This document shows, in pieces, positions 12,900 to 26,168 of a stretch of DNA of 64,000 nt. Source of the stretch: Podarcis bocagei (lineage: Eukaryota). The position numbers and the translations under genes are program-made. The notes beneath the pieces were generated by a model, which ran no database searches, was not told the DNA's origin, and saw only the letters and a program-made list of their open reading frames with translations. Numbering within the stretch: position 1 is the stretch's first letter; each line of letters starts with the position of its first letter. The stretch lies in the NCBI GenBank assembly GCA_964188305.1, contig OZ076887.1; one strand, given 5' to 3'.

Positions 12900-14547
12900 T
12901 ACTCTGATTCTAACTTTATTATTTTTTAAAAAGATGGATTTTTAAATTTTGTTGTAAGTTTTATTAGTTTTATATTGTACACCACCATGTGACATTTGGA
13001 TGAAGGACACTTTAGAAATAAAGTAATAATAATTAATAATAATATGCTGAAGATGAAGCAAAACTGGCATCATCCACCACCACCCTGGAATTTTTTTAAC
13101 TGCAGTTTTATTTGCGGTGTTTGAACTACAATGGCTATGGTGAAGTATCTCTTAATGTTGCAGTCAGCACAAAATGGCAGTGCATATGTGAACCCATAGT
13201 AGTTATCTGTTCAATAGGATAGCAGTTGACACATGCAACTTAACAAGGTGGTTTCATTTGCCTTGTACTACATACTTCATGGCAAGATAGGCCCAAGATA
13301 GGTGCTGTCGGACTACAATTCCCATCTGCCCCAGCCAGTATGACTCATAGTTAGGGATGATAGTAGTTCAACAACATCTGGAGAGCAACACATGAGCCAA
13401 TCCTTTTGTTCTGCCCTGGCTGTGTTTGCGCTTAACCATGTGGTTTCCACAATATAACATTGTACAAGATAAAACTTACTTATTTAGAGCATTAATCCTC
13501 CCCCGCTCAAATCCCTAGATGAATAATAATATGTAAATGAAACTAATATTTTGAAATAGAAACTTAATATAGTTTATAGTAAAATATATTGCTAAGCTAT
13601 TCAGTTTAAGTGCACATGGTGAACCTTCTTTATATAAAAAGGTCCTGCATAATTCACACAAGGTGCTTTAGCTCTAGACCTCTGGGGAAAGGATATGTTA
13701 ATTCATTAGGAAACACTGCAAAATGTAATATTTTATGAATTTACACCTCACCTTTCATTGTAAAATCGTTTCCTGGGCAGGTTACAAAAACTACACTATC
13801 AAAACAATAAAATCAACAGATAATTTTAACATTATAATAAATTAAGAGAATAATAAAAGGATTAAAACAATTCCATCCAGCTGGAAAGATTTTTAAAATT
13901 AAATGGCTGGGGAAATAAACCAAAGCGTCTTTTCCTCATGCCACAATAAGTAGAATGTTCAATAATAGCCATCCTTTGTGGTGTTCATCCTGCCTGAGAC
14001 AATGCATCAGTATGATTTTTCTGTAGATTAATGTGTTATTTATTATTACTACTTTTATATCCCAGTCCTCCTCCAAGTAATTCAGAGCAGTGTTTGTGGT
14101 TTCTGTCCCCACATTTTATCTTCACTACAACTTTTTAGCAAAGGCTAGGCTGAGGAATGATAACTATCCCAGGGATAGCTGGTGAGCTTAATGGCAGAGC
14201 TGAGTGGGGATTTCGGTCTTTGTTTTTTTGTCCTAGTTTGACAGTTTAATCTTTACTGCTTTGTTGTATGTGTACAAGTGTGACACGTGACAATAGTTGT
14301 TTAGTGGTGAAGTGTGTGAGCTGTGGGCCAGGAGGTCCCCAGTTCAAGTTATGTTTCCGCTGTGAATGTGCTAGGTAGCTTTAGGCAAACAACTATTCTT
14401 ACCTCGCCATCTGCATTAGGAGGAGAATAATACAAAGGCTGTTATAAGAATTGTTGCAATAATGTATGTGTAGTATTTTGATTACTTGGAAATGTTCCAT
14501 TATAACACTAGCTCAAACACTGCAACGAAACATTATATTTTGTCGTA

Positions 14548-14895
14548 AGGTAAAGGTAAAGGGACCCCTGGCCATTAGGTCCAGTCGTGACTGACTCTGG
14601 GGTTGCGGCGCTCATCTTACTTTATTGGCCGAGGGAGCCGGCGTACAGCTTCCAGGTCATGTGGCCAGCATGACTAAGCCGCTTCTGGCGAATCAGAGCA
14701 GCGCACGGAAACGCTGTTTACCTTCCCACCGGAGCGGTACCTATTTATCTACTTGCACTTTGATGTGCTTTCGAATTGCTAGGTGGGCAGGAGTTGGGAC
14801 TGAGCAACAGGTGCTCACCCCATCGCAGGGATTCGAACCACCAACCTTCTGATCGGCAAGTCCTAGGCTCTGTGGTTTAACCCACAGCGCCACCC
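14548..14895 (-). mobile_element. Sauria-type SINE, near full length, with TSD
   Basis: TSD ATATTTTGTCGTA (14535-14547) / ATATTTTGTCATA (14896-14908). Ends ~170 bp upstream of a SMAP1 exon. Confidence 0.93.
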
Positions 14896-15062
14896 ATATT
14901 TTGTCATACTTTTCGCCAAACCACCTCCTGTACATGCTAGTGACACTAATTTTGAAAATAAGAGGTTCAAATGAAATGTGAGACTGGATGAGGTCAGTTA
15001 TTCAAGATATTTTGGTTTCTATAAGAATCTTAATTATCTTTTCCTTTTCTTAAAAAATAAAG

Positions 15063-15147
15063 CTTCCAAAGAAAGAGGATCAACAACTGGAACTTAAAGC
15101 AAGTCCTAAGAAAGTTCCAGAATCCACTGTCGATCTCTTGGGACTTG
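15063..15147 (+). CDS. SMAP1: SMAP1 coding exon (85 nt, phase 0-1), LPKKEDQQLELKASPKKVPESTVDLLGL; clathrin-box LLGLD completed across the junction
   Basis: AG at 15061-15062, donor TTG|GTAAGT. Peptide matches SMAP1 LQKKDQQLEPKK..SPKK..TVDLLGLD. Confidence 0.93.
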
Positions 15148-15577
15148 GTAAGTAGTTAATTTTTTGTTTTGCATTGCAGAAAAATGGCAAGACATATGCT
15201 GCAATAATTAAAGGGGTTTTCCCCCCACATGCTGGAAAACATTGTTGGTTAATCTGTAAATGGTGTTGTAGTCTGCTAATTTACTTAGAGAGAAAAACTG
15301 AAGCAGATCTGTGCCGTCTACTAAACTATAAGTAATGAGCTCCTTAGGGAGTGAGAAGCTATCAAAGTGATTTTCAAAGAACTGTGAGCTCAAGCTTTTT
15401 TAAAAAAAAAAATCTGTTGTTTAAAAATAGTCTTGTTTTATTGAAGTACAAACCTTTCTAATATCCAAGTGAACCTTGTACAGGTTCTGTTGTATGTCCC
15501 CATCCTAAATATCCATGCAACTAATTTTGCCTGCCCTTTGTAATTAGATTTCTTAAATGGCAGCTCTCTCCCAATTA

Positions 15578-15822
15578 CAGTGGTACCTCGGGTTACAGAC
15601 GTTTCAGGTTACAGACACTTCAGGTTACAGACTCCGCTAACCCAGAAATAGTTCCTCAGGTTAAGAACTTTGCTTCAGGATGAGACCAGAAATCACGCGG
15701 TAGCGGTGCAGCAGCAGCAGCGGGAGGCCCCATTAGCTAAAGTGGTACCTCAGGTTAAGAACAGTTTCAGGTTAAGAATGGATCTCCAGAACGAATTAAG
15801 TTCTTAACCTGAGGTACCACTG
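15578..15822 (-). mobile_element. Same MITE family as 7692-7911, opposite orientation
   Basis: Same TIRs and TA TSD. Body is the reverse complement of the 7692 copy. Confidence 0.9.
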
Positions 15823-16188
15823 TATTTTTGAAATTATTGAATTTAAGTAGCTAGTTGTGAGGTGAGATGGCATGTGTTTTTCAGAAAATAAAAACAGAAT
15901 CCCTTGGCAAAACCATGCTTCTAGGAACTTGTGCAAGGTGACAGTTTTCTTCTTATGGAATGTCCAGATTTTCTCCTATCTTACCATATTCAAAGCATTT
16001 TATAATTAATTAATTCATGATAAACTGCTCAAAGTCCCAGGCGTCGGCCAACATTTTCAGAAGTCTAGCTGTAACCTAAATCATATCATTCCCAAGACAG
16101 CTCTTCAACGTGGAGCCTAATCAGAAACAATTCTGCCTGAGTTCTTACTTAAATCCAAACCTGTTTACATATTCTTCCTTCACTTTTA

Positions 16189-16509
16189 CAGTGGTGCCTC
16201 GCAAGACGAAAAGAATCCGTTCTGTGATTCTCTTCGTCTAGCAGTTTTTTCCTCTTGCGAAGCAAGCCCATTGAAGGATTAGCGCTATTAGCGGCTTTTA
16301 GTGGCTTATCTGCTGATCGTATCAGCTGATAAGCAGCTTAGCGGCTTAGAAAAAGGGGGGGGGGAAACCAGCAGGAACTCGCAAGACATTGTCGTCTTGC
16401 GAAGCAAGCCCATAGGAAATTCGTTTTGCGAAGCACCTCCAAAACGGAAAACTCTTTCGTCTAGCGAGTTTTCCATCTTGCGAGGCATTCGTCTTGCGGG
16501 GCACCACTG
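16189..16509. mobile_element. Tc1/mariner-pogo-type MITE
   Basis: TIR CAGTGGTGCCTCGCAAGACGAA / TTCGTCTTGCGGGGCACCACTG, TA TSD, internal GTCTTGCGA repeats. Confidence 0.9.
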
Positions 16510-17013
16510 TATTTTGTTTGAATGGTACTCCAGTTCTGCTGTGTATTCAGTCATTTCTGTGCAGGTTTACTGTTGAATTAGGGATTATCCCCTTCTTTCA
16601 CTACATTTGGGCTTTACTTAAATTTTTACCTTGAAAAAGCAACTGTTTACATGTCAAATGCTTGCTTTTGTTCAAACTAGTCTAGCATTCATGGGATATT
16701 ATTTTTTAGAGTAGATCAGACCAAGTTTAACCAATCTGAATAACCTCTGTTAGCTTTCCATATCTTAATTGTGTAACTAATGCCTCTTCTAGTGTAGGAG
16801 CTTAGAGTCTTGAGTCCTGTGATAGACTGAAGTATGAAATACCACAGCAGAAAGCAAGTGACAATAAATGTGGCTAAGATTGCATATTTTTATTGAGCCA
16901 GCACATTGATGGAAATGTACAAAACAAGTTTCAAACATTTCTGGCTGGGCTGCACCAAGAGGATAGGTTAGCCTGTTTCATTTCAACAAGTCTGATGCAT
17001 TTTAAGTACAGTA

Positions 17014-17245
17014 CAGTCTTACCTTGATTGTCGAACGGAATCCGTTCCGGAAGTCCGTTCGACTTCCGAAAACTTTAGAAAACCAAGACGCAGCTTCTGA
17101 TTGGCTGCAGGAGCTTCCTGCACTTAATCGAAAGCCGCAGAACCCGCGTCAAATGTTCAGCTTCCAAAGAACATTCGCAAACTGGAACACTCACTTCTGG
17201 GGGGGGGGGTGCCGTTCAGGAGCCAAAACAAACGAGTACGACTAG
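17014..17245. mobile_element. Truncated pogo/Tigger-like MITE
   Basis: TA|CAGT start, GAACGGAATCCGTTCCG palindrome, CpG-rich relative to its flanks. Right end not recognisable. Confidence 0.55.
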
Positions 17246-19338
17246 TTTGACTCAAGAATCCTGTTCCTCTAAAACACTTGCTGTAAATAAACTTTCAGTT
17301 GAACTAATCAACTGAGTCAAACATGATTGAATGGCTTCTGCAAACATACAAAGAAATCTTAGTAAGTTTATATAATATAGCAGTTTTGGAGGAGAAGTTA
17401 GTATCTCAGAAATGTGACTGTTTTGTCCAAATCCAGTAGATCCAACAGCTTAGGCCCCATCTTTATTACACATTGAAAGCCCTATCATACCACTTTAAAC
17501 AGTCAAGCTTCCATCCAAGGAATCCTAAGAACTGTCATGTTTAAGGGGGCTGATTCCCCTCACAGAGCTTCAGTTTGCAGTTGAGGATTGATCATGGCAG
17601 TTTTGGAATTTAAACAGCTCCTAATCTCTCAGCAGTTCAGGGAAGCAGTCCTCGCTTGTTGGTTAGGCTTGTCTGCCTTATTCTGAAGAGCAGCAACTCA
17701 CTCCCCTTGTGCCTATGCACAGCAAGGGCATCACTTACCTGTTACTGGTACTCTTTGCCACCCTTGCCTATCTGCATTTCCTCATCTGCTATAGATCATG
17801 TGAATTCATGCATTACAAGTATAAAGGTACTCTAGAAGCTGCTGCATTGTTAGAATTTTGGCCTTGTTGCATCAGTATATAAATATCACCCCAGTGGCCA
17901 AAGAACTCCAGGGGAGTTCTGTTTTATTGCACGGGTGTGAATAGATGGACCATAAACCCCCAGGTACAGGCAAATCACATTCTCTTGAGTACTAATGGTC
18001 TTACATTCTAAGAGGATAGTTATAAATATAGCATGCTTATCAATGTGTTTCATAGTTAGGTGCTTTGCCAGAATGATTGTGGTGGTCTCCCTGTGCAGAA
18101 CTACACACCTTGCCAACTGCTAAGTCATGCACCTCAGTGAACGGTGCATTTTGGTTCTTTTCCAACTCAGCATCCTTTTTAAAATATAACTACAGACAAA
18201 TAATTGTCATTTCATTATGAGTATATAAAAATAAGTGAAATGATAGATCTGTAGTAGATGACCCTCGGGTCATCTTTCAACTCTACAATTCTATGATTTG
18301 AAGAATAGCAGACCTGGGTTTTCCATTTTGCAGATAACTCCCTTTCTTTTACTTTCTAAAAATGGCACACCTTATATTGTGAGATGTTTTGCAACGCTGC
18401 AGAATGTTTAAGTATTAGCTTTTCCATCATGTTGAAAGGTTGAATTTGCAAAAAGAAGCAAAACTCGTTTGCCATTTGATGCATCATTTACCAGTTAGAT
18501 GTACTACACAAAAAACAAGAGATGAGTATGGATGGTTGCACATGTTGAAGTAACCATCACAGTGTATTAGCATTAAAATGGATAGTCCCAACCTTTCTGT
18601 GGGGGCATAAGTAAATTACTATGCTCTTTCACTTCAAATTTATCATAAGAATGATGGAAGATAAGGAAGATGCTTATTGAAAACAAGTGAAATATGTAAC
18701 CTTATTAACCTTCAATTACAAGAAGAGCAGAAAGCAGTTCAATAGATATTAGAATATGACTGCTAATCAAATAAGCTAGCCAGCCATTTCAGAGGATGCC
18801 TATCATGCTTAGTGTCATTTACCCACCTCAGAAACAATACCTTGCCTGGAAGCTTTCTGGATAAGCAATATATCCCTTGAGATTTTTTGGTGCAGCTTAT
18901 TCTCCTCTGCAATTCTGGGAATGCAGCATTAATAATAAAGAAGTTCTCTGGGCAGTTTACATAGACAGTAAAATACAGAAGACAATTTACAATAAAACCC
19001 TTTAAAACTGAATAATAAATCGCAAAGCCCAGGTTTTTGTTTTTTAAAAAAACAGACAGCTAAAATCAGCATAAAACACAGCAGCTAGAGCTGTATGTAG
19101 CAAGGGAGAGTTTGGTGCAAAAACCGAAGCAGCTGCTAGGTTATCTCCAATACCCTGTACTCATAAGGTATAAGTAGGTTCAGGTATCTGTAGATGTGTC
19201 GTCCCTGACTTGGTCTCTTGAAACCTTTTTAGGTTTTCCCCCCTCAAACATCTGTCATTACTCATATTGTAGTGAACTGCAAGGTAAAGCCTAGATTACT
19301 TTCTCCCTGTAGTAAAATAAAGTGAGGAGCAAGTGGTA

Positions 19339-19341
<3 letters not shown>

Positions 19342-19373
<32 letters not shown>
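19342..19373. repeat. (TG)16 microsatellite
   Basis: Perfect dinucleotide run. Confidence 0.97.
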
Positions 19374-19374
<1 letters not shown>

Positions 19375-21558
19375 CCAAGACACACTTACTGGATTGATTT
19401 TGACTTTGTATGTAACTTCTGAACGGGCTTCTTGTCAGGTGTACAATTTATAAATTTATAGATTTGCAGCTGTTCAGCAAAAAGATGTTTTCCGAATGGC
19501 TTGCAGAAATTAAAATGGAAAGGGGAAAAAAACCCTCTACCCCTGTTTACTCATACTCATAGTTGCCCGAACTTGTTTTGAAAACCAGGTTTTGGTTTAC
19601 CTTTAATTTTGCCATCTTTAAGTTATTTTCCTAGCTAGAACTAGAAAAGGTTAGGAGTAAGATGAATAGGTATTCTTCTGTATTGTAATGACTATATAAA
19701 AATTCCTTGCATGATCTTACTATCTTATCTCTTTATCCTTAACTTTGGCAACTCCAAAATATAAAGCATTCTGAGAAAGAAATGTATTTTCATTAAGGAT
19801 CACCAGTTAGAAATGGATGGCCAAAATGATGATGATGATTCTGCTCCAGAACATAAGAATTGGGAAATCAAAAATATATTCAAAGATAATTCTGGAGCTG
19901 GCTAGGTGCTTGATTTCTACCTTGAGTATCCCTTCTCTAAATATGATTAGCAGCACCTGTGGTCACTTCTTATGCCACTCTATTCACACAATGTGACAAA
20001 GGAAGCTGTCAGATCTTGTGCCAACCCAAAAGCTTTATTTTCCTCATAGGAAGCATTGGGAAGGTAGCTTGTTAGTACTCGATAAAGAATTGCTGTTATT
20101 GTGGAGGCTATGCTTGAAATATAAAAAAATACCAGTGTTAAGGAAATTGTTGTGGTTTGTACAGCTGTGATACATTTACCTCCTCCCCTCAAATTCCATG
20201 TTATCAGGAGGTGTTAATCTTTATGGGTTAATAAGTATATAAATTGTGGCACATTTACAGTTGCTATGGGAACCAGAACTCTGATTGCCTGACTTCAGTG
20301 TAGAATCCCTAGTGTACAGTTGCAATAGTGCTTTTGCATTTACTTTCATAACAAGAGAAGAATGAAGTGAGCAAAAATACCCCGGTGACTGCTGAAATGT
20401 GCTGTTCATTTGCCACTGAAGGGCTTGTTCATTGAGAACGAAAATTATAAAGGCTTTATTCTATATATGTTAAAATACTTGACTCAAATCATGTGAAAAT
20501 ACAAAATAGGATCTGTATAGTATCCTTCTAGGCCACCTATCTAGAAACTGTAGACTTTATCCTCTATTCTCCATTGTAGACTAGGCATCTGTTAACCAGT
20601 ATGTACTTGTGGTTCTTTGGGCACCCTGGACAGTATTTATGGACTTCAGAATAATGGTGTTAATAAAGAGCTGTACTATGTCATATTGCAGCTACACAAA
20701 CTTAAAAATTAAGTGCACGCACAATGGGAGATACTTTTATCGATTCAGATGGAGGGCAGGGAAGCCTTGATGGTAGGTCATAAACCTGAGTTAATCAAGA
20801 AAAATAGTTTCAGAATGTATCAGACAGTGCTGGTCTGATTTGAAGGAAGATGTTGATAATGTAAAGAAGTTTAAACTTTGTAGTTCTTTTCCCTTTTCAA
20901 TAAGTATAGCCTTTCCTTTGAAGATACTGGGAATAATGTTGCAAGGAAGAAAGAGATCTTTCTTCCATTGTAGTTAATGAGAGGGAGGCGTGCAAGGAGG
21001 TTCTTTGGCTGTAAGAATAGCTAAGCAGTTGAACAATGGCTGAGAGAGACTGCAGGGTCTTTTATCTGATGCAGCAATGTATTTGTTGGCTTGATTTATA
21101 AGCTATGAATCCTGATGCAAGAATTTACAACCTATGTATCTAGTAGTGATCTTTTCCGAACTTAAAATTTATATAGCCAATTATTGCAGTGCTTACGTCC
21201 AAAGGGTTTGGTTACTTATGAGAAGGATTTCTATTTTAAAAGTTACAGTGCTAGTAACCAACAGTGCTTTAGGCAGCTTGTAGAAATGTGTAATTCTGTT
21301 AAACCAGCTAAGATGCCATTAGGTTGGCCTCGGGCTGTGTTTTAATGCGTTCAAATTTTGCTAATTACGTTGGTATGTTGTAGCTTTTAAATTACGACGA
21401 ACTGGCAGAATACTAGAGGAGCCTGGATTCAGTGCTATGAATGCTTGGGTATTTCTAGCAACACGGGATACCTTTAAGCAACGGCTTGCTTTGTACATAC
21501 TTTGCAATTATCAAAAAATTGGTTTAACGTTTTGCCTTTTAAAACACTGTCATTTAAG

Positions 21559-21689
21559 ATGGCCCTGCTGATTCCTCCGTTACAAATGGAAGCATCACAA
21601 CTCCTGCTGCTGTATTGAATGATGACCTGGATATATTTGGCCCAATGATCTCTAACCCATTGCCAGCCACTTCTATACCTCCTGCTCAG
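21559..21689 (+). CDS. SMAP1: SMAP1 coding exon (131 nt, phase 1-0), DGPADSSVTNGSITTPAAVLNDDLDIFGPMISNPLPATSIPPAQ
   Basis: tttaAG acceptor, CAG|GTAAGC donor. Conserved LNDDLDIFGPMISNPLP motif. Confidence 0.96.
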
Positions 21690-22970
21690 GTAAGCAGCAA
21701 AATTTAGCATGCCTAGCCCTTTTTAAAATTTATTGTTGATTGAGATGTTTACATTAGAAATGACATGCCTGCCTAAAAATATAAAGATGACTTGTATCAG
21801 CTGTCCTGTTAAAATCACTTTCATCTTCTTACTAGAGAGATTGGCAGGCAGTGAAGCTTGCGTTGGTTATAGACACACAATTTATAAGGCCATGCCCAGT
21901 GTTAGCATAAGAAATAAGTTCTTCACATTTGAAACAGCAGTGGGAAAAGAAACTGGCCATAGGAAAGCCAGTGTTATGTAGCCCTTCAATTTAAGAAGAG
22001 AGCTCAATTTTACTCATGCATTCCATATTTTATTGCACTTCAGCAGCTGGCCTCATCAATAGCATGCTATTAATATGAGTACCAATACCTTGCGTAATTT
22101 CTTTCCAAACATTATAGTATGAGGCATCTTGTAGCTCACTAAGTACTATAATATCTCTGCGGAGAGGGAAGCTAGTATTTAGTCTTAGGGTGGTTTTTTT
22201 TTTTAAAAAAAAAAAGGTTTAGATACATTTTCTAGATGTTCAGTCTGTCAGGGCTGTTCAACCATTACAGCTAATATTCATCTTTTATGTTTAGAGGTAT
22301 TATGCTTCAGACTTCCATAGCTCTGGGATGAACATCATCGATATAAATAACCAACCTTTCATGTTTATGAACATCCCTGGGGGATTTAAGAAGGCTTTGC
22401 CTGGAGCACAATGCTGAGTGGAGTCCAGTGACCTGATTAGTAATATGCATAATAGTATAAAGGCACAATATATCGTCTATTTAGACTTGGTGTTAACTCT
22501 CTCAGTAGCTTCCAGACGAGTGATAACTAGATGGTTTCAACAGAGGCTCACTATTATGAGGCTCATTAAGGTTTAGTGGCACATTTTGGCAATGAAAATT
22601 CTTTCCCTTTAAAGTGTGCAGAGGCCTAGTTAGTCCAGCTGATCTCTTAATGGTTTTGTAGATTTATTGATCTATGACTCTGGCATGGGTTTTTTTTTTG
22701 TTTGTGATTAGTGAACTGAAAAGTGGGAGTGGTCAGGTGTGCTCCTTTTTGTTATTTGATTAAGGGTGTTTATTTTCCTTTTGTGATATTATTATCACAT
22801 CTTTAGCCCACATTTCCTCCCAAGCATCTCATACATGGTTCTCACACTTCCTATTTTATTCTCACAAGAGCCTTGTGAAGTAGAGTTGAGTAGTTTGAGA
22901 GACAGTGGCTAGCCCAGGGTCACCCAGTGAGCTTCAAAGATGAGTGGGGATTTGAACCCAGGCCCTAGTC

Positions 22971-23131
22971 CAGGGGTGCCCAAACTTTTTTCAAAGAGGG
23001 CCAGATTTGATGAAGTGAACATGCATGAGAACCGACCAAAGTTGTTGAACTTTTTTTTAAGGATTTAACCTCAGGACATATACTGCCAAGGGTGCCAGAT
23101 TAGGTCCCTGAAACAGACTTTGGACATCCCT
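22971..23131. mobile_element. hAT-type MITE inserted into an older minus-strand tRNA-SINE (~22790-23165)
   Basis: Ends CAGGGGTGCCCAAA / TTTGGACATCCCT. Perfect 8-bp TSD CCCTAGTC (22963-22970, 23132-23139). Confidence 0.85.
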
Positions 23132-26002
23132 CCCTAGTCCAACACACTAACCATGCACCACTGTTGTTCTGTCTTCTTGATGTTGTCTCATTAAAAACTG
23201 AAAGCTCTTCAGGGTAACAGCTTAATTCCTTTTTCCGTGATATTCATGGTCTTCCTGTTCACTGCTTGCTCTTTCTTATGCTAACTCATTTTGTGCATGT
23301 AATGCTTTCTGTTACTGTGCTCTGAGGCTTAAGCTCCTTACCTTATCTTTACAAAGAACAGAACAAAACACTTTGAGTGGAATTCAGCATAGCACTAAGA
23401 TTTTTCCATCAGGCAAGGAGAAATGCTCTTGCTGGTGGAACTATCTCCCCTCTCCTTGCCCTAGACACTGAGGTTTCTCCTGACCCTCCAAAGTTGAATT
23501 TAGGGAGGCAGGGCAAAGGGGGGGGAGCCCCATTGCATTAACAGGAGTCCTTCCACTAGCAGAACAAGTTAGTTAAATCAAGCCCCATGACATTTTTTAA
23601 AAGTAATTTTTCCATCAACTACTTTCCATTTTTAGGAAGGTGAAGTGCTATCTAAGTGATATATGACCTTGGCTTGTTCTCTTTTCCTTTTCTGTTCTTC
23701 CTGTGCCCCATTCTCTTGCAGATGGGTAGATTGTAGCCCTTCAAGCATGGACTTCTTTTTCTCCTTTTGCTGTGTAGTTCTCAGGTTATTTTAGATACTC
23801 TTACATTTGACAAGTGAAAAATTTGAACTTGTTCCAGTACTAGAGCAGACTCTTGTGGCACATGAAAGGTTAACAACTTTTATTACGGCATAAACTTTTG
23901 TGGACTGTAGACTGCTTCCTCAAATATTAATATATATCAGATGACTTGAAGGTGTGAAACCACTTCAGACAAGAGCACTTTTGTATATTTTGAATCACTG
24001 CACAATCATAATTTTTCAGTTGTGAGTGGTGAGATTTTAGAAATTTGCCTGGAGAGAGTTTTCCAGCAGTAGGAGTTTTTCAGTTACATTATACTAGTCC
24101 TGAGTCCACCCATAGCAATAGTCTTTTCCCCTTCCAATGAAACTGGATATGAATAGCTCGTTTCTGTATGAGGGCCTAAATTGGGTAGAGGGTGAGCATT
24201 CATCCCACCACCTGTTTACCCATGCATGCCACCCATGGCTGTTGTTCCATCCTCTCTATGTGCTGAGCCCTAGGGGGAAAGCATTTTGGAACTCCCTCCC
24301 CTCTGATATGGTGGGCACCTACTTTTTAAAAAAAAGTTGTAGTTGCCAGCTGATGACCTTGTTATTCATCCAGACTTTTATTGGAATCTGATCCCACTAT
24401 TGAATTTTCAGTTGTCTGGTTCTGACCTGCATACCTTGATTTTAGCAAGTGTATTGTGAATTCGGAACTTATTTAAGCTACAGCTCTGAAATCACTGTAT
24501 AATGAAAAGTCAGTAAGAAACGTTCAAAATTAAATAGATAAATGAGCAAAGTAGCATACACTATTTCCCCACAGGCTTGGGATAGCAGCTGGGCCAACAT
24601 CACTAGGAGATTTGAACTTGGGTCTCCTGGGTCCTAGGTTGACACATTAACCACGCTACCTCCTGTTTCTGGTTGATTAGTTACTTGCATTTCTTTTCAG
24701 AGGTGCCATTCTTACAGACATACTAAGATTTATGGAAGAGATGCTTTTCTTCATGCTTCACTGAGGTCATAAAAAATGTGAGAATTTCTAGTTTCTAAAG
24801 GTGCAGTTCTTCCTTACAAAGACTACTGAACCATTCAAGCTGTGACCTTTATGCACTGTGCGGAACACGGGGCAATACAAAATTTATCCTTTTGTGGTTA
24901 TGCTTTTAAAACACAGTTGAAGCCTTTAAGAATCTAAGCTTCACAAACCACTTGAGATCTTTTTCAAAAATCTTGTTCTTAAGCAGTGACCCTAAAATTA
25001 AAACTGGCAGCTTCCAAAACTTACCTTATGCAGTTCCCGTAACCTTGCCTTGAATTAGCTGAAAGTAATAGATCTATGACAGTAGTTCTGCTCAGTATTT
25101 CTTATCATATGAAATTGCTTCATCTGATCACTACTTTCTTTAGTTTACTTGAGAAAAATTATAAGCAAACCAAAATGAAGTTTATCTGATAGTGTTTTCT
25201 CCTGGAAAAGTGTTTGCATGTAATGCAGCCAAACGAATACCGTACTTGCAGTTTGCACAATGTTACATGGAGGCAAGTAAGAAGTAACGGAGAATAAACC
25301 CACCAAGAATCTGGGACTAGAATAGAGATGATGAACAGTTGTAATGGGTGTATGTGTGCATCACAAGTAGAACAAATTCTGCAAGAGACAATTTTGTGCA
25401 ATTTCTTTGTAAGCTTTTTATTTAAAAACAGATGGACAGATGATGAAATCTTCAATACTGTGTGTATGTTTATGTTGGCATATTTGCTATGTATACAGTG
25501 GTGCTGCACTGCATAAACTATGAAACAGAAGCATGTATGTGCATCTTCAAACAACTGTTTGTATACATCTGATGATCCTGGGCCAGTCAAGGTTCCCAGA
25601 TGTGCATATATACATGTGGAAGACATAAATTTTACATGCTAGCCGTAGGTAATAAATTTGCTGTATAAAAACGTGTAGCAGTTGTACTTTTGTTCATGTT
25701 GTGTAAACTTCTGGATTATTTGTCATAATATATGTCATTGTAACTTGCACAAAGGAAACATTGGTAAATAATTAGTATTGTGTTATACATATGCAAGCAT
25801 TTGTTTGTTAGTGGTTTTTTTTGCAACGTTAGGACATTTTCCTTTACAGTACTTACAAATTTTGGAGAGATGCTTGTAATTCGAAAGTTTGGTTACTAAT
25901 ACAATAACTAAATCTTTGCATTGTGTTTGAAAACACATGTCCCTTTAGCTAATGTATTTGGTGATAATGGTTTTCAGTAATCTCATTTGACTTTCTTCCC
26001 AG

Positions 26003-26168
26003 ACTGCTTCCACTAACACTGCAGCTGCCACCTTATCTGCTGCATCTGGAGATCTTGATCTGTTCACCGAACAAACAAAATCAGAAGAGTCAGCAAAGAA
26101 ACTGCTCTCCAAAGACTCCATCCTGTCATTGTATGGCACAGGTACTATTCCGCAGCAAAATGCTCCAG
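26003..26168 (+). CDS. SMAP1: SMAP1 coding exon (166 nt, phase 0-1), TASTNTAAATLSAASGDLDLFTEQTKSEESAKKLLSKDSILSLYGTGTIPQQNAP
   Basis: ctttcttcccAG acceptor, CAG|GTAATT donor. Conserved GDLDLF and SKDSILSLYG motifs of SMAP1/2. Confidence 0.96.

Noticed and set aside
25438-25575. C/D box snoRNA (ATGATGA...CTGA)
   Set aside because: No clean terminal stem outside the boxes and no rRNA antisense element that I can recognise.
25159-25626. 155-aa minus-strand ORF in a SMAP1 intron
   Set aside because: Composition reflects TG/CA-rich DNA; no recognisable homology.
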